A program made the position numbers and the translations under genes. The notes under the pieces were generated by a model. It was given only the letters and a program-made list of their open reading frames with translations, had not been told where the DNA came from and did not search any database. Positions 46,444 through 57,622 of a DNA stretch of 64,000 nt are shown here, piece by piece (the stretch's first letter is position 1; each line of letters begins with the position of its first letter). This DNA is from Oligoflexia bacterium (GTDB taxonomy: Bacteria; Bdellovibrionota; UBA1018). The stretch lies in assembly GCA_963758495.1 (NCBI GenBank), contig CAVWVI010000004.1, positions 384,001-448,000 on the forward strand. The letters are read 5' to 3'.

Positions 46444-46480
46444 TATTGAATTTGGTTCTTAAGAACCTCCTTATAAACTG

Positions 46481-46509
46481 GACATATCGGAGTACTCGAT
46501 CACTGTCAA
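46481..46509 (-). promoter_or_regulatory. putative sigma70 promoter for infC
   Basis: TTGACA-17 nt-TATGTC just upstream of the AAGGAGG SD. Confidence 0.45.
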
Positions 46510-46557
46510 GCTGCATTATTGCACCTCGGCGAGGTGTCGCCTATTATTATATAAAAT

Positions 46558-46593
46558 AAAAAAACCCCTATCTGAACCTAATCCAAATAGGGG
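46558..46593 (-). terminator. intrinsic terminator
   Basis: CCCCTATTTGGA-TTAGG-TTCAGATAGGGG followed by TTTTTT on the minus strand. Confidence 0.7.
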
Positions 46594-46642
46594 TGACCTG
46601 CCAAAAGTAAGAGATCCTTATTGCAGCTAAAGATCAAATAAA

Positions 46643-47080
46643 TTATGCGCTAGGAGCATGATCTGAAGCAGCGCTCGCAGCAGATTTTTTCTTAGGAGCT
46701 GCGGCCTTTGTCTTTTTTACTTTTGCTTTTTTGGCACCACCCGATTTGCTGCCCGAACTTTGACCATTGCTCATTTTACGGACATTCGTAAGGAGCTTTT
46801 CAAATTCCTTTTTCTGTAAATTTACAAATTTTCTAAATTTTTTCACTTCGCCTGGAATTTGTTTTTGAAACTTTTCAAGTTCCTTGCGTTCCTTTTCAAG
46901 GAAAACTTTCATCTTTTCAACATCAGGTCCAAAAAGCTTTTTCACTTCTTTACCTTGACGTTCGGCATATTTTCGAGCTTCTTCGATCCAATCATGACTC
47001 TTTATTAAACTCTGAAGCTGTACTTGAGCTTCCTTTACACGAGTCACTACTTTTTGAATTTCTGAATTAACTGATTTCAT
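46643..47080 (-). CDS. hypothetical coiled-coil protein with Lys/Ala-rich tail
   Basis: Heptad-like K/E-rich body; tail AKKAKVKKTKAAAPKKKSAA; own terminator. Confidence 0.75.
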   Translation of the reverse strand: MKSVNSEIQKVVTRVKEAQVQLQSLIKSHDWIEEARKYAERQGKEVKKLFGPDVEKMKVFLEKERKELEKFQKQIPGEVKKFRKFVNLQKKEFEKLLTNVRKMSNGQSSGSKSGGAKKAKVKKTKAAAPKKKSAASAASDHAPSA

Positions 47081-47187
47081 AAAATTTTACCCTTCGTGTT
47101 TACTTGCCCAAATCGGCATCAAATTTCTAACACGGAGAATTAGCACAACTTGATAGATTTAGTAAAGCTCGGTTTAATGAGGAATGT

Positions 47188-47220
47188 GTGCTTGTCAACA
47201 GCTCTAAAGGAACTGCTTAC
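47188..47220. repeat. REP-like repeat copy
   Basis: Reverse complement GTAAGCAGTTCCTTTAGAGCTGTTGACAAGCAC matches 23197-23229 GTAAGTAGCTCCTTCAGGGTTGTTGACAAGCAC at 28/33 positions. Confidence 0.75.
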
Positions 47221-47221
47221 A

Positions 47222-48913
47222 TTAATTCTGTTCCCAAATTTTCGCTATGGGAATCCGACGACCTATCCCAAATGCCTTTCTACTTATTTTTAAAACTGGA
47301 GCTGCCTGTCTCCGCTTATACTCATTCATTTCTACACGACGTAAAAGTTCATTTACTGATCTGAAATTATTTTTATCCTGAACTTTAAAACGCTTCTCCA
47401 GTTCAGCAACTGCAGCTCCTTTTTCAATATATTCAGATAAAAGCTCATCTAACTCTTCATAAGGAGGCAAGGAGTCTTGATCTGTCTGATTAGGTCTTAA
47501 TTCCGCAGAAGGTGCCTTTGTAATAGAACGCTCTGGAATTGAATTTCCCCAAATCTGATTCATATAGCGCGCCATTTCATAGACTCGAGTTTTAAAAACA
47601 TCTCCAATCGGAGCTAAAGCTCCTACCATATCTCCATATTGCGTACAGTACCCCATAGCAAGCTCTGACTTGTTTCCAGTGGTCAGTACAAGTGCAGAAT
47701 CATGATTGGATAAGGTCATTAAAATCATACCGCGCAAACGAGACTGTAGGTTCTCCAAGGCAATTGGGTTTAGCTTACCTCTTTGGTCCGAGAGTTCACG
47801 TGAACTTGTGGAGAAAAGAAATTTAATAGGACGCACTTCAAACTTTATCCCCAGATTTTTGACTAACCTTTCAGCATCTTCTAAACTATGTCCTGAAGAG
47901 TATTGGCTTGGCATTGCCACTCCCAAAACGTTTTCTGGACCTAATGCCTGCGCAGCGAGTACAGCAACAACCGCAGAATCAATTCCCCCACTGAGACCTA
48001 AAATCGCTTTTTTAAATCCAGTCCGCACGAAGTATTCACGAATACCTGTCACTAAACCACGAACCAAAATTTCCATTTCCGAAGGACTTACGTCTTCTCT
48101 ATTTTCAAGTTGAGGAGACTCAAATTTTTGATTGGATGGATCTAGAACACAAACTACACCCAATGATTTTTTAAAATAAGGTAATCTTCCGATTAACTTA
48201 CCCTCATCATCCAGTGCGAAAGAGCCACCATCAAATAGAATCTCATCGGTAGCTCCCACCTGATTCACATAAATTAAAGGTACCTTTAAACGCCTTGAAA
48301 TATCACGATGAAGCTTCTCTCGAGTCTCTCGCTTATTCCATTCATAGGGACTCGATGAAATTGAAACTATCAATTGTGCATTTTTTTCAGCATAAACTTG
48401 AACTGGATCACGACCATACAGGGGCTTTCCCAAAAGCGTGGAACTTCCCCAAAGATCCTCACAAATAGCGACACCTACCCGGACTCCATCACAATTCCAA
48501 AGCTGGATTTCGTCAGCAGGCTCAAAATATCGAGCTTCATCGAAAACATCATAGGTAGGAAGAAGAGACTTTGCCTGTGTAAAGACATTTCTGCCATTCT
48601 CAAGGATGGTCACTACATTTTGGGCTGAACGACCAAACTTTTTAGGACTTCTTGCAACATGTCCCACCGCAAGTGCACACTTTTGCCCTTGCGTGATCCT
48701 CATCAGCTTCGCTAGAGCGTCTTCATTGCGCTCAAACATCTCAGGACGATCCATTAAGTCATGGGGTGGATAGCCACAAAGACTTAACTCAGGAGTCAAA
48801 AGCAAACGAGCCTGCACTGAGCAGGCTCGTTGATAAGCTTCTTTGATTTGCTTTACATTGCTCTCAAATCCACCCACTAATGGGTCAAATTGAGAAATAG
48901 CGATTTTTAGCAT
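47222..48913 (-). CDS. nadE: glutamine-dependent NAD+ synthetase
   Basis: Nitrilase domain (TPELSLCGYPP, LPTYDVFDEARYF, ICEDLW) plus GLSGGIDS, ENLQSRLRG, TGNKSE, PSAELRPNQTDQDSLPPY. Confidence 0.97.
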   Translation of the reverse strand: MLKIAISQFDPLVGGFESNVKQIKEAYQRACSVQARLLLTPELSLCGYPPHDLMDRPEMFERNEDALAKLMRITQGQKCALAVGHVARSPKKFGRSAQNVVTILENGRNVFTQAKSLLPTYDVFDEARYFEPADEIQLWNCDGVRVGVAICEDLWGSSTLLGKPLYGRDPVQVYAEKNAQLIVSISSSPYEWNKRETREKLHRDISRRLKVPLIYVNQVGATDEILFDGGSFALDDEGKLIGRLPYFKKSLGVVCVLDPSNQKFESPQLENREDVSPSEMEILVRGLVTGIREYFVRTGFKKAILGLSGGIDSAVVAVLAAQALGPENVLGVAMPSQYSSGHSLEDAERLVKNLGIKFEVRPIKFLFSTSSRELSDQRGKLNPIALENLQSRLRGMILMTLSNHDSALVLTTGNKSELAMGYCTQYGDMVGALAPIGDVFKTRVYEMARYMNQIWGNSIPERSITKAPSAELRPNQTDQDSLPPYEELDELLSEYIEKGAAVAELEKRFKVQDKNNFRSVNELLRRVEMNEYKRRQAAPVLKISRKAFGIGRRIPIAKIWEQN

Positions 48914-48927
48914 TTTTCTCAGTGAAT

Positions 48928-49356
48928 TTAGAACCGTTTCTGAATTTCTGATTTATCAAAAAAATAGGCTAATTCACGTTCAGCAGATTGTGCACTATCA
49001 GAACCATGAACAGCATTCGCTTCAATACTATCAGCAAAATCTTTGCGGATAGTTCCAGTTGCGGCTTTAGCCGGATCTGTTGCTCCCATAATCTCACGAT
49101 TCAAAGCCACGGCATTCTCTCCTTCTAAACACATCAAGAGAACTGGACCTTGAGTCATAAAATGAATTAAACTATGAAAAAAAGGTCGGTCTTTATGTTC
49201 AATATAAAAACCCTCTGCCTTTTCACGAGAAAGTCGCGTGAACTTAGCAGCTGCGACTCGCAGACCACGCACTTCAAATCGAGAAATCACTTCTCCAATT
49301 ACATTTTTTTCAACCGCATTTGGCTTAATTATAGAAAAGGTCCGTTCAATTGCCAT
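48928..49356 (-). CDS. ndk: nucleoside diphosphate kinase
   Basis: [29 protein letters not shown]. Confidence 0.98.
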   Translation of the reverse strand: MAIERTFSIIKPNAVEKNVIGEVISRFEVRGLRVAAAKFTRLSREKAEGFYIEHKDRPFFHSLIHFMTQGPVLLMCLEGENAVALNREIMGATDPAKAATGTIRKDFADSIEANAVHGSDSAQSAERELAYFFDKSEIQKRF

Positions 49357-49437
49357 TTTAAAAATCCTCCATATCGTCTAATAACCCGTTTGTACACTTG
49401 GTTACCCTCTCCGTCAACGGCGAGATTACCCATTGCG

Positions 49438-50319
49438 TCAACTCGATAATGACCTCAGGGCTTGAGCTAATGTCGATCCCAAGTCGGCAGGACTGCGTGC
49501 AACTTTAACTCCGGCAGCCTGGAGAGCTTGAAACTTTTCTTCAGCTGTTCCTTTCCCGCCTGAAATAATCGCACCTGCGTGTCCCATTCGTTTACCCGCA
49601 GGAGCAGTCGCTCCTCCGATAAACCCGGCCATTGGTTTTTTAAATTCTCGCTTAATATATTCGGCAGCTTCTTCTTCAGCAGTACCCCCAATTTCACCAA
49701 TCATAATGACCCCATAAGTATCAGGGTCACCATTAAAGGCCTCAAGTACATCAATGAAATTAGTCCCATTAATAGGATCTCCACCAATCCCAACACAGGT
49801 ACTTTGACCAATTCCCAACTGCGTGAGCTGAAAAACTGCCTCATAGGTTAACGTTCCGGATCTTGAAACAACACCTATATTTCCTGTTTTATGGATCGAT
49901 CCAGGCATAATTCCTATTTTACACTGTCCAGGAGTGATAATTCCAGGACAGTTGGGTCCAATCAGTCTGGATTTTGTACTAGCCAAATATCTCTTAGTGG
50001 CCAGCATGTCTTTCACTGGAATTCCTTCAGTAATACATACGATCAGAGGAATCCCTGCATCAGCCGCTTCACAAATAGCATCCGCCGCTCCCGCAGGTGG
50101 AACAAAAATCATCGTAGCATTTGCACCTGTTTTTTTAACCGCTTCTTCTACTGTATTAAAAACAGGAAATCCTTCATGGACCTGTCCACCACGGCCTGGA
50201 GTCACTCCTCCGACTACTTGCGTGCCGTATTCTCGGCAGCCCTTGGCATGAAACCCTCCCTGTGAACCTGTAATTCCTTGAACCAAAAGTTTAGTATCTT
50301 TATTTACCCAAATTGCCAT
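49438..50319 (-). CDS. sucD: succinate--CoA ligase alpha subunit
   Basis: [35 protein letters not shown]. Confidence 0.98.
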   Translation of the reverse strand: MAIWVNKDTKLLVQGITGSQGGFHAKGCREYGTQVVGGVTPGRGGQVHEGFPVFNTVEEAVKKTGANATMIFVPPAGAADAICEAADAGIPLIVCITEGIPVKDMLATKRYLASTKSRLIGPNCPGIITPGQCKIGIMPGSIHKTGNIGVVSRSGTLTYEAVFQLTQLGIGQSTCVGIGGDPINGTNFIDVLEAFNGDPDTYGVIMIGEIGGTAEEEAAEYIKREFKKPMAGFIGGATAPAGKRMGHAGAIISGGKGTAEEKFQALQAAGVKVARSPADLGSTLAQALRSLSS

Positions 50320-50328
50320 ACTTACTCC

Positions 50329-51525
50329 TTAGCTCAACTGATTCTTTGAGGCGGCTACTACATTTTTCGCAGCATCAGTCAGTCCATTAGCCGGTATAAT
50401 TTTGAGGCCAGAGTGCGCCAAAATTTCTTTACCTTTTTCTACATTCGTTCCTTCAAGCCTCACAACTAGAGGCACTTGAAGTTCAAGCTCCTTTGCAGCA
50501 GCCACAATTCCTTCGGCTATGACGTCACACTTCATGATTCCACCAAAAATATTCACAAGAATCGCTTTAACATTTGGATCTTTGAGAATAATTTTAAATG
50601 CATGAGCAACCTTTTCTTTTGTTGCCCCCCCACCCACGTCTAAGAAATTTGCAGGCTCTCCACCATGTAATTTAATAATATCCATGGTAGCCATTGCCAA
50701 ACCTGCACCATTCACCAAGCAGCCAATATTTCCTTCCAGTGCAATATAAGCTAATTCATATTTGGAAGCTTCAATATCTTGGGAGTTCTCTTCCAGCAGA
50801 TCTCGCATAGCAACGATGTCAGCATGACGGTACAGTCCATTATCGTCAAAGTTGAATTTGGCATCCAATGCCACTAGATTTCCTTGCTGGGTTACAATCA
50901 AAGGATTGATTTCTACAAGTGCACAATCGGACTCCATAAAGCATCGATAGACACCTGCAAAGAACGTCACAGCTTCTTTTGTTTGCTCAGGAGTAAGACC
51001 TAAAGCTAATGCCAGTTTTCGACCATGGAAGGGCTGAAAGCCAATCGTAGGATCAATAGAAACTCTGATAATTTTCTCAGGATGGGTTGCGGCAACTTCT
51101 TCAATCTCCATCCCGCCTTCGGTAGAAACCATCATGACCACTTGAGAAATGGCACGATCAATCACGATCCCCAAATAAAGTTCTCGAGCAATCGAAGAAC
51201 CCTCTTCAATCCATATCTTATGAACTTTTTTCCCGTGAACTCCAGTTTGAGGAGTAACTAAGGTTTTACCCACAATTTCTCGAGCTGCAGCTTTCACCGA
51301 AGCAATGTCCTTACAGACCTTTACCCCGCCTGCCTTTCCTCTCCCTCCAGCATGGATCTGAGCTTTCACTACCCAAACTGTATTTTTTCGCTCTTTCGCT
51401 AATTCTTCTGCGGCTTTTTGTGCTCGCATTTCTAAATCAGCCCCCTCTTCTATCAGGCGGCCTTCTGGTACACGAACTCCAAACTTCTTTAAAAGATGTT
51501 TGGCTTGATACTCATGAATATTCAT
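50329..51525 (-). CDS. sucC: succinate--CoA ligase beta subunit
   Basis: [55 protein letters not shown]. Confidence 0.98.
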   Translation of the reverse strand: MNIHEYQAKHLLKKFGVRVPEGRLIEEGADLEMRAQKAAEELAKERKNTVWVVKAQIHAGGRGKAGGVKVCKDIASVKAAAREIVGKTLVTPQTGVHGKKVHKIWIEEGSSIARELYLGIVIDRAISQVVMMVSTEGGMEIEEVAATHPEKIIRVSIDPTIGFQPFHGRKLALALGLTPEQTKEAVTFFAGVYRCFMESDCALVEINPLIVTQQGNLVALDAKFNFDDNGLYRHADIVAMRDLLEENSQDIEASKYELAYIALEGNIGCLVNGAGLAMATMDIIKLHGGEPANFLDVGGGATKEKVAHAFKIILKDPNVKAILVNIFGGIMKCDVIAEGIVAAAKELELQVPLVVRLEGTNVEKGKEILAHSGLKIIPANGLTDAAKNVVAASKNQLS

Positions 51526-51539
51526 ACTAAACCTTTCAA

Positions 51540-52478
51540 TTAAACTCCCAACTTATCCATTGCTTCTACGAGCTCTTTTACAGCAGCCGCAGACTTTTCA
51601 AACATCGCGGTCTCATCCCTGTTCAGATCGAGGGTCGGAACGCCCTCCAAACCCTGAGCACCTAATTTAGCGATCACACCGCAAAATAAATCTTTCACAC
51701 CGTACTCTCCTTTAAGATAAACTGCGCAAGGTAAATATCGCTTTTTATCCCGAATAATGGCCTCAGCCATTTGAACGGCGCTAGCAGCCGGAGCATAATA
51801 AGCGGATCCGGTTTTCAAAAGATTCACTATTTCCGCACCACCCTTACGAGTTCTGTCTACAATAGCATTAATCTTATCTTCACTCAGAAGTTGCTGAAGA
51901 GGGATTCCACCGACGCTCACGTAACGAGGCATAGGTACCATCGTATCCCCATGACCTCCGAAAACAAAAGCCTGAACATCTTCAACACTCACACCTAGTT
52001 CCATTGCAATGAAACTTCTAAAGCGTGCGCCATCTAAAACTCCAGCCATCCCCAAAACTCTTTCGCGAGGGAATCCTGAAGCCTTCATGGCTACGTGACA
52101 CATAGCATCCAGTGGATTACTTACAATAATGATCACACAATGAGGAGAATACTTCGCAACTTGGGTAGCACAATCTTTTACAATTTTTGCATTGGTCGCG
52201 AGTAGATCATCGCGGCTCATCCCAGGCTTTCTAGGCAGGCCTGCGGTAATAATAACAACATTTGAATTGGCAGTCAGTGCGTAATCGCTTCCACCTTGAA
52301 TCTGAGAGTCAAATCCTTCGACAGGAGAAGACTCAAAAAGATCGAGTGCTTTCCCTTTAGCGACATCCCCGTTGATATCGATAAGGACAACATCTCCGAG
52401 TTCCTTAGAAGCAGCCCAATGAGCACATGTTGACCCTACAAAACCTGCACCAATGATTGAAATTTTCGGACGACGCAT
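51540..52478 (-). CDS. mdh: malate dehydrogenase (LDH-like)
   Basis: [44 protein letters not shown]. Confidence 0.97.
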   Translation of the reverse strand: MRRPKISIIGAGFVGSTCAHWAASKELGDVVLIDINGDVAKGKALDLFESSPVEGFDSQIQGGSDYALTANSNVVIITAGLPRKPGMSRDDLLATNAKIVKDCATQVAKYSPHCVIIIVSNPLDAMCHVAMKASGFPRERVLGMAGVLDGARFRSFIAMELGVSVEDVQAFVFGGHGDTMVPMPRYVSVGGIPLQQLLSEDKINAIVDRTRKGGAEIVNLLKTGSAYYAPAASAVQMAEAIIRDKKRYLPCAVYLKGEYGVKDLFCGVIAKLGAQGLEGVPTLDLNRDETAMFEKSAAAVKELVEAMDKLGV

Positions 52479-52689
52479 TGCGATTACCTCCCGCTGCGAA
52501 TGTTCTAATGACCTGTAATTGCGTTAACTATAGGCTAGCTTGCAGTAAAGGTCAGCGAAATTTTCTAAGATAATACAAGAAGAAGTGACTCGTCGCATTA
52601 GCCTTCTCTATTGCAATAGCACCAAACCAATGACCATAGTTCTAGCTAAAGGATGCAAAGATGACTTTAAACCAAATTAGTCAGGAAAT

Positions 52690-53337
52690 ATGAATACTAT
52701 TGAAAAACACATAAAGAATAACGATATGATCAGCCTGGACCCCCAACAAATTGGCACCACATCGACTTACAAACTCCTGATTGGTGCCATTGTTCCAAGA
52801 CCTATCGCATTTGTAAGTACGGTCAGTCCAGAAGGTAAAGGTAACTTGGCTCCCTTCAGTTTTTTCAACGGAGTCTCAAGCAACCCTCCTGCCGTAATGA
52901 TTGCGATTACCCGTAAGAAAAATGGCGAGAAAAAAGATACGCTTCTGAATATTGAGGCTACACGCCAATTTGTGGTCAATATCGTGAGTGAAGGCATTGT
53001 TGAACCGATGAATCAATGCTCCGCAGAATATCCCTATGGTGTGGATGAAATGCTCAAGGTGGGGCTTACACCTCTTCCATCAGAAAAGGTAAAACCTGCA
53101 CGAGTCAAAGAATCTGCCATTCATTTCGAATGCGAACTCTACAATACCCTGGAGGTCGGAGACGGATCAGAAGGATCTTCAACGATTGTTATTGGAAAAA
53201 TACTCCAAGTCCATGTCCGCGCTGAAGTCTATCAAGATGGAAAAATTTTGATCGATGAGTTGAAACCGATTTCTCGCCTAGGAGGACCCAGTTATGGAAA
53301 AACGACAGATATCTTTAACTTGCCTAGACCGAAGTGA
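52690..53337 (+). CDS. flavin reductase (DIM6/NTAB) family protein
   Basis: YKLLIGAIVPRPIAFVST, NLAPFSFFN, KDTLLNIEAT, PARVKES, ISRLGG. Confidence 0.93.
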   Translation: MNTIEKHIKNNDMISLDPQQIGTTSTYKLLIGAIVPRPIAFVSTVSPEGKGNLAPFSFFNGVSSNPPAVMIAITRKKNGEKKDTLLNIEATRQFVVNIVSEGIVEPMNQCSAEYPYGVDEMLKVGLTPLPSEKVKPARVKESAIHFECELYNTLEVGDGSEGSSTIVIGKILQVHVRAEVYQDGKILIDELKPISRLGGPSYGKTTDIFNLPRPK

Positions 53338-53360
53338 GACTATTGATAATTAAGAAAGAG

Positions 53361-53391
53361 TGGGGCAGAGAACTCACAGCTCTCTGCCCCA
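53361..53391. terminator. bidirectional terminator hairpin
   Basis: TGGGGCAGAGA...TCTCTGCCCCA between the convergent flavin reductase and icd. Confidence 0.7.
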
Positions 53392-53402
53392 TCTTTGATA
53401 AA

Positions 53403-54728
53403 TCACATATTTTTAATGACGTGCTGACCAAACTCAGAACATTTTAATTCAGTCACTCCAGAAACCCCATCCTGCTTCATCAAGCGAGCAAAATCATAAG
53501 TAACAGCCTTTGAGGTAATCGCGCCATCCATACCTTTAATGATAAGATCCGCAGCTTCGGTCCAGCCCATATATCGGAGCATCATTTCACCTGATAATAT
53601 GACAGATCCTGGATTGACCTTATCTTGATCAGCATACTTAGGAGCTGTGCCATGAGTCGCTTCAAAAACTGCATAACCCGTAAGGTAATTGATATTTCCG
53701 CCTGGAGCGATCCCAATTCCACCGACCTGTGCCGCAAGTGCGTCAGATAAATAGTCACCATTTAAATTCAGAGTAGCAATCACGCTAAACTCTTCAGGGC
53801 GGGTCAAAACTTGTTGAAGAGAAATATCCGCAATGGCGTCCTTGATTAAAATCTTACCCTTTGCTAACTCAGCTTTTTGTTCAGCGTTAGCAGCTTCTTC
53901 GCCTTTTTCCTTCTTTGTGGCTTCCCACTGTTCCCAAGTATAAACTTTATCTTTATATTCCCTTTCGCTCAATGCGTAAGCCCAGCCGCGAAAGCCGCCC
54001 TCAGTGTATTTCATAATATTGCCTTTATGAACAATGGTCACTGATTTGCGATTTTCTCGGAGTGCAAATTCGATTGCTGCTCGCACAAGACGCTCGGTCC
54101 CCTCTCGAGATACAGGCTTAATTCCAATTCCGGTGGTTTCAGGAAAACGAATCTTGGCATATTCTTTCGGGAAATTTTCTTTTAAAAATGCGAGAAGCTT
54201 CTGAACTCCCTCACTCTTTCTTTCAAATTCAATCCCTGCATAAATGTCTTCTGTATTTTCCCGAAAAATGACCATATCTACTTTTTCAGGATGTTTCACG
54301 GGAGAAGGCACCCCTCTAAAATACCGAACAGGACGCAAACAAACATAGAGATCCATCATCTGTCGAAGCGCAACATTCAAAGAACGAATTCCACCGCCAA
54401 TAGGGGTAGTGAGGGGGCCCTTGATGGAAACCAAGTAGTGCTTCAATGCTTTGAGCGTATCTTCAGGGAGCCAATCGTTAAACTTTTTAAAAGCCTTCTC
54501 TCCTGCATAAACTTCAAACCACTCAATCTTACGCCTGCCGCCATAAGCCTTTTCTACAGCAGCATCAAATACGGCTCGAGAAGCTTTCCAAATATCACGA
54601 CCCGTTCCATCCCCCTCGATAAACGGAATCACTGGATTATCTGGAACCTTGAGCTTTCCATTTTCGATAGTCATCGCTTTTCCGTTTAAAGGCGCAGTCA
54701 GAAATTGAAATTGCGGGTCGCTGGACAT
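53403..54728 (-). CDS. icd: NADP-dependent isocitrate dehydrogenase
   Basis: [63 protein letters not shown]. Confidence 0.98.
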   Translation of the reverse strand: MSSDPQFQFLTAPLNGKAMTIENGKLKVPDNPVIPFIEGDGTGRDIWKASRAVFDAAVEKAYGGRRKIEWFEVYAGEKAFKKFNDWLPEDTLKALKHYLVSIKGPLTTPIGGGIRSLNVALRQMMDLYVCLRPVRYFRGVPSPVKHPEKVDMVIFRENTEDIYAGIEFERKSEGVQKLLAFLKENFPKEYAKIRFPETTGIGIKPVSREGTERLVRAAIEFALRENRKSVTIVHKGNIMKYTEGGFRGWAYALSEREYKDKVYTWEQWEATKKEKGEEAANAEQKAELAKGKILIKDAIADISLQQVLTRPEEFSVIATLNLNGDYLSDALAAQVGGIGIAPGGNINYLTGYAVFEATHGTAPKYADQDKVNPGSVILSGEMMLRYMGWTEAADLIIKGMDGAITSKAVTYDFARLMKQDGVSGVTELKCSEFGQHVIKNM

Positions 54729-54848
54729 AAAATAATTCTCCTCAATAAAGCTCGCAGCTTAGACAATAACTCAGGGTTTGGTCAACAAAAAGTCCCAAGA
54801 CACCCCGTTGATCGGTGAATTTCTGTTAAATCTTTAGGATCTTTAGGA

Positions 54849-55796
54849 TTATTGAGACCACTCGATCATTCGCTCCAAAGGGATGAGGGCTCGAGCACGA
54901 AGATCTTCCAGGACGTCTACTTCCGGAGTTTCATCCCTCAATGCGAGGTATACTTTCTCTAAAGTATTCAGCTTCATGAATGGACACTCATTGCAATTGC
55001 ATGCCTGACGAGGAGGAGCTGGGATTAAAAGCTTATGGGGAGCCTTTTTCTTCATCTGATGAAGAATGCCCGCTTCCGTGGCGACGATAAATTCTTGGCA
55101 ATCCGTCTCAACGACATAGCTTAAGAGTGCAGAAGTGCTTCCAATATAGTCCGCTTTAGCCAATAAAGAGGGTTCACATTCTGGGTGAGCAATCAGTTGC
55201 GCCGCTGGGTGATGAACTCTTAATTCAGCGGTTTTTCGTTCTGAGAAAGTTTCGTGAACAATACAAGTACCTTGCCACAGCACCAAATCCCGACCCGTTT
55301 GTTGGGCAACATAAGCCCCTAGATTTCTATCAGGCGCAAAAATAATTCCGCGGTCTTTTGGAATTCGATTGACGATCTTAACGGCATTTGAACTCGTGCA
55401 AATCACATCACTCTGAGCTTTAATAGCTGCCGAACAATTAATGTAGGAAACAACAAAGTGCTTTGGAAACCGAGCCTTGAAGCGTGCGAAAGCCTCTGGA
55501 GGGCAACTATCCGAAAGTGAACAACCAGCACGAAGATCTGGCAGAAGTACTTTTCTAGAAGGATTTAAAATTTTGGCCCCTTCAGCCATGAAATGAACTC
55601 CAGCAAACAAAATCAATTTAGCTTTAGTTTTTTGAGCAGCTTTAGCAAGCTCTAGACTATCACCCACAAAATCTGCAATATCCTGAATATCTGGATCTTG
55701 ATAATAATGAGCTAATATAACAGCATTTTTTAATTTCTTGAGCTGTTCGATTTCGCTGAATAAATCAAGATGAATAGGAATTGTCGAAGGAGTCAT
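54849..55796 (-). CDS. nadA: quinolinate synthase
   Basis: ILAHYYQ, GDSLEL, GVHFMAE, AGCSL, YINCSA, CTSSNA, CIVHE, AHPEC, CPFMKLN. Confidence 0.97.
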   Translation of the reverse strand: MTPSTIPIHLDLFSEIEQLKKLKNAVILAHYYQDPDIQDIADFVGDSLELAKAAQKTKAKLILFAGVHFMAEGAKILNPSRKVLLPDLRAGCSLSDSCPPEAFARFKARFPKHFVVSYINCSAAIKAQSDVICTSSNAVKIVNRIPKDRGIIFAPDRNLGAYVAQQTGRDLVLWQGTCIVHETFSERKTAELRVHHPAAQLIAHPECEPSLLAKADYIGSTSALLSYVVETDCQEFIVATEAGILHQMKKKAPHKLLIPAPPRQACNCNECPFMKLNTLEKVYLALRDETPEVDVLEDLRARALIPLERMIEWSQ

Positions 55797-55889
55797 AATA
55801 AACCTTTTTTAACTCCTTTGACTAATTATGGCAACTCACTTGCTGGACTTGTGTAGTATGGTTTATGAATGAAAAAAGGAGTCGTGTGC

Positions 55890-56306
55890 ATGTTTGAAAA
55901 AATGGAATGGAGCTTCCAAAGATTTTTGTCGTGGATGGGAATTCAAAAGAGCCCCGGAATAGGAAGAAATCAGATGAAGATTATTAAAAAGGGTTCGGCT
56001 ATGAGAGTCATTTTCTTCTACCCAGGAGAAGAAGGAACTTACGTTGACTCCGCTGATGTAACCCTCTATGAAAATGGAATTGTTCATATTTGCTCCAATC
56101 AAGAGGAAACCACCACTCATTTACAAAACTGCGAAATTCTTTGGCGTTTTGAAACAGATGCTGAAGAACGCGTGAATAAAGTACGGCTTCTCAAACCAAA
56201 AACAGATCTTCGCATGTCTGATGATGGTCCGCACAAAGTCGAATCCAAATCAGAATCCAAGAAGGAAAAAGGAACTTCCTCTAAAAACCCCGAGCTCGCG
56301 GAATAA
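55890..56306 (+). CDS. hypothetical protein
   Basis: AAGGAG SD before ATG 55890; 6 bp upstream of cinA; no family recognised. Confidence 0.65.
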   Translation: MFEKMEWSFQRFLSWMGIQKSPGIGRNQMKIIKKGSAMRVIFFYPGEEGTYVDSADVTLYENGIVHICSNQEETTTHLQNCEILWRFETDAEERVNKVRLLKPKTDLRMSDDGPHKVESKSESKKEKGTSSKNPELAE

Positions 56307-56312
56307 AAACTG

Positions 56313-57515
56313 ATGACTCATCAAGCATCCATACTTGCCGTCGGAACTGAAATTACCACCGGACAGATCCTCAACAGAAATGCAGCCTGGATTTCTGAAA
56401 AGCTCGTGAATTTAGGCATTGATGTAGTTCTGCACGAAACCGTTGCGGACGATCGCCCTATGATTCGAAAAGCCTTAGATCACTGTGCTCAAATGAGTCA
56501 GCTTATTTTTGTAACGGGAGGATTGGGACCTACCAGCGATGACTTTACTCGAGAGGTAGTTGCAGATTGGCTTAAAAAGCCTCTCGAATTTCATGAATCC
56601 GCTTGGCAACAAATTATACAACGTTTAACTTCGGTAGGAATTCCGGTAGCAGAATCTAATCGTCAGCAGTGCTATTTTCCAATAGACTCAAAGATTTTAC
56701 CTAATCCACAGGGAACCGCTGCAGCCTTTACCTCAACGGTTCCATCCATGGCCCATCATCAAATCTGGGTTCTTCCGGGACCTCCTCACGAAATCAGTGC
56801 AATTTGGGATCAAGGAATTGATAACGAAATACGCAAAATACGACCTGAATTGATGCCTCTCCGTCTTCTCACCTGGCAATGCATGGGAAAGAGTGAGGCT
56901 GAACTGGGCGAAATTACGGAAAAAGCCCTATCAGGAAGTCACTTACAAATAGGCTATCGAGCACATCGCCCCTATGTAGAAATCAAAGTTTGGTGTCCTG
57001 AATTTCAATTAAAAGAGAAACAACCCTGGATTCAAAAACTAGATTCCGCAATTGCACCTTGGGTCATGACAATACAAGGTGAGGATCTCGCAGCCAGATT
57101 TTTAACTCTGATTTCAAAGAAATCAGATCAAATAAAAAATATTAAACTATATGACTCTGCATCCGGTGGAATTTTTGCTCAACGAATGAGTACCGTTTTA
57201 AAAGGCCCTGCTTACCCCGCTTACAAAGATATTCAATCAAAAATTACAGTCCAAACAGATTGGGCAATATCAGAAGCTCCAGAAGACCAGATCTCTCGTA
57301 TTCTCAATGAAGCCCATAAAACTGACGATCACTCCATGACTTTAGCAATCGCTGGATTTACGCCAGATGGCCGAGCAACACTTGGACTCAGACAGGGAAA
57401 TCAATTAGTGCAAGAATCTCTTCAATTGCCTTATCGGAATTTACAGCTCATCGATCGAATGCAGGCATACATTGTAGAGATCGCGTTAAAACGCTGGACT
57501 GAGCTGCTGGAGTGA
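56313..57515 (+). CDS. cinA: CinA-like protein (molybdopterin-binding/ADP-ribose pyrophosphatase domain, degenerate C-terminus)
   Basis: VGTEITTGQILNRNA, TGGLGPTSDDFTRE, NRQQ, LPNPQGTA, LPGPPHE. Confidence 0.85.
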   Translation: MTHQASILAVGTEITTGQILNRNAAWISEKLVNLGIDVVLHETVADDRPMIRKALDHCAQMSQLIFVTGGLGPTSDDFTREVVADWLKKPLEFHESAWQQIIQRLTSVGIPVAESNRQQCYFPIDSKILPNPQGTAAAFTSTVPSMAHHQIWVLPGPPHEISAIWDQGIDNEIRKIRPELMPLRLLTWQCMGKSEAELGEITEKALSGSHLQIGYRAHRPYVEIKVWCPEFQLKEKQPWIQKLDSAIAPWVMTIQGEDLAARFLTLISKKSDQIKNIKLYDSASGGIFAQRMSTVLKGPAYPAYKDIQSKITVQTDWAISEAPEDQISRILNEAHKTDDHSMTLAIAGFTPDGRATLGLRQGNQLVQESLQLPYRNLQLIDRMQAYIVEIALKRWTELLE

Positions 57516-57622
57516 TCAGCATGAGATGATCGCGGTTTTGGCGAGAGTTCAATAAAGACAACCGAGCGCACTATCCAGAGATCTTTACTTTCAGCGTCGA
57601 AAGTGAAAGTATTTAAGATAAT

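Noticed and set aside
52690..53337. Flavin reductase interrupting icd-mdh as a possible mobile insertion
   Set aside because: No terminal repeats, target-site duplication or transposase; an ordinary gene-order variant
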